A stretch of DNA of 42,848 nt from Octopus bimaculoides (lineage: Eukaryota), in contig NC_068984.1 in NCBI RefSeq assembly GCF_001194135.2, positions 42,014,567 to 42,057,414 of the forward strand. Direction: 5' to 3'. The notes under the pieces are model-generated. The model searched no databases. It was not told the origin of the DNA and saw nothing but the letters and a program-made list of their open reading frames with translations. Shown piece by piece: positions 39,222 to 42,848 of the stretch; positions within the stretch are counted from its first letter, which is position 1; each line of letters starts with the position of its first letter. The translations under genes were made by a program, and so were the position numbers.

Positions 39222-39428
39222 TGTGTTTGTGTGTCTGTGTTTGTCTCCCCAACATCGCTTGACAACCGATGCTGGTATGTTTACGTCCCCGTAACCTAGC
39301 GGTTCGGCAAAAGAGATCGATAGAATTAGTACTAGGCTTCCAAAGAATAAGTCCTGGGGTCGATTTGCTCAACTAAAGGCGGTGCTCCAGCATGGCCGCA
39401 GTCAAATGACTGAAACAAGTAAAAGAAT
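39215..39428 (+). mobile_element. SINE family C 3' portion
   Basis: cgcttgacaaccgatgctgg...catggccgcagtcaaatgactgaaacaagtaaaagaata. Confidence 0.85.
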
Positions 39429-40249
39429 AGTCCAAGGGAGAGAACTCTTAGAAATAAAAAGTTTTAAAACTAGTTTTAATTTTATTGAGTACACAAAAGC
39501 AGCGAATTCTTTTGACTATTATAAAACTGCCGCATAAACCCAACTTAATATGCCGGCATTTTTGTAAATGACAGAGTAAATATGGGAAGTGTTTGCTGGC
39601 CATATACATTTTGTACTTTTATTAGATAATTATTTTTGCATATTTTTACATTCATAAGGAAAAAAATGTATTTTTCTCTATAAATATTTTGTATAATAAC
39701 TTAGCCAGAGGAGGAAGGAGAATTGATCGAGTCGCCAGGGTGGTTGGATAGATTCTCTCGTCTTAGTCATTCAGATGCCTAAGCCCTGACTTCAAATTTT
39801 CCCGATGTCGATTTTTAATTTATACACAAATGTCTCAGGTTATCAAAAATTATGATGATGTACAGCAAACGTGCGGCTAGATTTTAATGTAATCTACAAG
39901 TTGAAGAAAATAACATGCAATATAATTAGCTGAAAAACTTAAAGCTTTCATTCTCAGCACACAAACACATCATAACCAAGAAACATGAGCTAGAAGGATT
40001 ATAATTTTAGAGACATAGCTAGTGCATAAACTGAGAATAATATTAGTAATGCCTACGTTACTAAAGTGGCAGGTAGACAGTATTAAATCAACGGGAAAAC
40101 TAGGGGCAATCCAACGTTGTTACATGAATAATAACTTCAATGTAAAAGTCGAGCTATTGGCAATGGTGACGTTGGTGCTGAAATTATGTGAAAGCTGGGA
40201 GTAAAGACATTGCAGTGTTAAGTTAGTTAGTGTGACTGGCCAGTTAGAG

Positions 40250-40385
40250 AAAATGCATGGCGGCATTTGTTTTCCATTTTATGTCCTGAATTCAAATTCT
40301 GCTGGGGAGGACTTTGTTTTTCATCGTTTCGGTGTCGATAAAATAAGTAGCAGTTAATCACTGAGGTGGATGCAATCGATTTTCC
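40250..40385 (+). mobile_element. Decayed SINE family B copy
   Basis: ttcaaattc...tttcatcgtttcggtgtcgataaaataagta. Confidence 0.6.
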
Positions 40386-40960
40386 CTTACACGGCTGTTT
40401 GACAAGACAAATCTCATCCTTTCTTCTTCTCTAGCATCAGACAATTAAACTAGCTTCGTAAAGAATCCATGGAACTTGAAAGTATTTTACTGTATTTTAC
40501 TACAACAAACTACCAACTTGTATATAAACGAAGAAACGACGCGTCGACGTCGTTTTTATTTTATATTATAACAACATTACAATCAACGAAATAAATGGTC
40601 ATCTTCACAACTAATTGTTCTTCACTCTTTAGTTTTACGCTGCATTATCATCATTCAAGCTGCATTGTTATTTTCGACTTCTCTCCTCCCAATCATGCCT
40701 TTACAATTTGGTGACCCCAGACTCAAGAGCAACAACATTCTTTACACATATATAATACAAAAATACCCTGCAGACTGAGATAGTCATTAAAATAGAAATG
40801 AAAATTTAAAATTTATCCTTTATGTGTGGCCCGGTACTGGTACGCGGGCCAGTGCTTGGGTCCTTTCTAGCGAGTGGCCTGTTAGAAAAAACATTGTAGA
40901 TAAGTATTTATTTTCTTAGCTTTTACCCTCTTCCCACCGTTTCTTTTTATATACACTTAC

Positions 40961-41059
40961 ACTGCTTCCCTCTTTTTAACGTGCAGATATTTTGCTTGTT
41001 ATTATCATAAATGGTCATTAATCAGGCAATCGACCGACACTAACTGCGTTCTAATTGCC
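40961..41059 (-). other. Candidate non-coding (5' UTR) exon of the Slob-like gene
   Basis: Acceptor cactcctgttctactggttcttgtgcag and donor |gtaagt bracket 99 nt that is closed in all three through-reading frames. No transcript evidence. Confidence 0.3.
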
Positions 41060-41639
41060 CTGCACAAGAACCAGTAGAACAGGAGTGACGGTACAACACA
41101 CTCAACCTCTTTAGCCTGTATCTGCTTGTGCTTGTAAGTTATCTTCAAAAGTTTTGCTATGCATTTATTAGTTTTCTTTTCACATTTCTTCTTTTCTTTT
41201 TACATTTATTGTTTTACTAATGATATCCGGCACCCGTAAATGATGCGCAGACTCGGTCAATAGAAAATCAGTAATTCTGCATAAACTAATTATTTCAGAC
41301 ACGTTGTTTATAAAAGAAATACAAAAGTTTGCAAAGTTTCAATAAGAGACAATAGCAAGATATCCAGGCGGTGACAATCGAGTACATACACGCACAATCA
41401 TACGGACCGGCGGACCTATACTTTGACAAAGAGACTTTTTTTAATGCAGATATAAATTAAAAGATACAAATACATGTATGCATTACATACACACAAACAC
41501 ACACTAATTTGTTAACTTGAAAGAGATAAACTCTCCGTCGAAGTGCGCTTGTAATTTTTATTTTTTTGTTTGATCTCTGATGCTCCGCGAAGTAAACAAA
41601 AACATCGAATTTCTATTTTATACTATCGAGTCTTGCCTG

Positions 41640-42034
41640 TTCTGCGTTGTCAGTTCCAACTCCTGAGCTGATAAAATACCAGACGTATACTAAAAGCTAT
41701 TCTACTGACTGTATCCCTACCCTTGTGTTGCTGGTAAGAATCAATATTTAGAAATTTAATGTACAAAAAATTTTAAATAATAGTAATAAAGATAGGTTTG
41801 CTGAAAAGATATATACTTTCAGTAAAATCTTTGTTTAAATACTTTAATAGTTCTCTTGGAATAACGTCAGTTGGGTTTTGTGCGTAGCGCGCCGCGCATA
41901 TGTCTAAACAAACACATGCATAGCTGTGAATGAGAGAAGAAACGGAAGAATGTGTGATATTTCACGACTGGTAAAGAAACTATGAAAGGAAGGGTGGGAA
42001 TGCTGCCGTGTATATAGCATCGTGTGTTGTAACA
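41640..42034. promoter_or_regulatory. Candidate (possibly bidirectional) promoter / 5' UTR region upstream of gephyrin
   Basis: Local CpG enrichment (gcgcgccgcgc near 41888) and Inr-like TCAGTT at 41650 and 41867, immediately 5' of the gephyrin ATG. Confidence 0.45.
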
Positions 42035-42089
42035 ATGGCGGACTGTCCGAGCGAAGTGCGTAATCGGATTAGGGTTGGACTGCTCACAG
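42035..42089 (+). CDS. GPHN: Gephyrin (molybdenum cofactor synthesis / inhibitory synapse scaffold) first coding exon, MADCPSEVRNRIRVGLLT-(V)
   Basis: aacaATGGCG start context. IRVGLLT matches the gephyrin G-domain (MogA-like) start IRVGVLTVSDSC. Donor ACAG|gtaaac is phase 1 at the position I recall for vertebrate GPHN intron 1. Only 18 codons are visible. Confidence 0.78.
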
Positions 42090-42848
42090 GTAAACAAACC
42101 AGTTATTTAAACTATATTTGAAACTCACATCGAATTCTTTAAAGTCAATTCCATTTTCTTTGTTACTTACGTCAGTTGTCGATGATGGCTTTTGACAGCA
42201 TCAACTTTCAGTCTTCATTACTTCGCTTCTTGACGTTATTATGGTTTTTATGTTGTAGTTAAAACAATTCGCTTTCTTTTATTCATTTATTCTTTATCCA
42301 TTATTCTTTCCTGATGCTTTACGGTTCACAATTCACAGAACTAAAACTAACAGTTATAATTATTTTTCGTTGAATGTATTTTAAAGAAATTCTTTAGCGT
42401 ATGATTCAATATTAACTGACTCGCTCGGGTAAATAACCTTCTGCGAAATAAGTAATTATACATACACACGGCATGTACATCATGTGGTTCCAGTTTAGAG
42501 AGATTCTGCTCTCACATCACCGACTGCCAAATGCTTTTTCATTAACTTTTTGTATCGGCCTAAATAATATAGTTTTGAGTCCCTTCCCCTGTCTTTATAA
42601 CGTTATATCGTTTTATATTCAATCTTATTGTTTAATTTGTGATATTGTCGCTGTTTAATGAGTGTGTGTGTGTATGTGTGTACATATATAGCATAATTTT
42701 CACAACAAATTCCGAAATAATCGTAATTTACTCCATCTGAAACGTATTAACAAGAAATTTAGTTTTAAAAATAATATCCATTTTTCAGAAAGCTACGAGG
42801 AAACAAAGTTAGTGGTGGTGCATATTTCTGTAGCTATGCCTATGTATA

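Overview
AT-rich, gap-ridden eukaryotic genomic DNA. The SINE/LINE repertoire and microsatellites look like an octopus draft scaffold (inference from repeat families, not verified). None of the supplied long ORFs is a real gene on its own. Hand splicing recovers eight minus-strand coding exons (27868 down to 1384, 740 nt, 246 codons with consistent phases) of a Slob/PXK-family pseudokinase that starts with a predicted transmembrane anchor; its 3' exons lie beyond the left edge. At the right edge, the first coding exon of a plus-strand gephyrin gene (42035-42089) sits head-to-head with it. The introns are filled with tRNA-derived SINEs, RTE and R4/Dong LINE fragments, and mariner and pogo remnants. 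They also hold at least five minimal, Penelope-type hammerhead-ribozyme-like motifs with palindromic stem III. One of these lies directly behind a tRNA-derived Pol III head, forming a candidate ribozyme-bearing SINE. Several long foldback structures could form dsRNA in the pre-mRNA. All analysis was by eye; repeat boundaries are approximate and family names need database confirmation.
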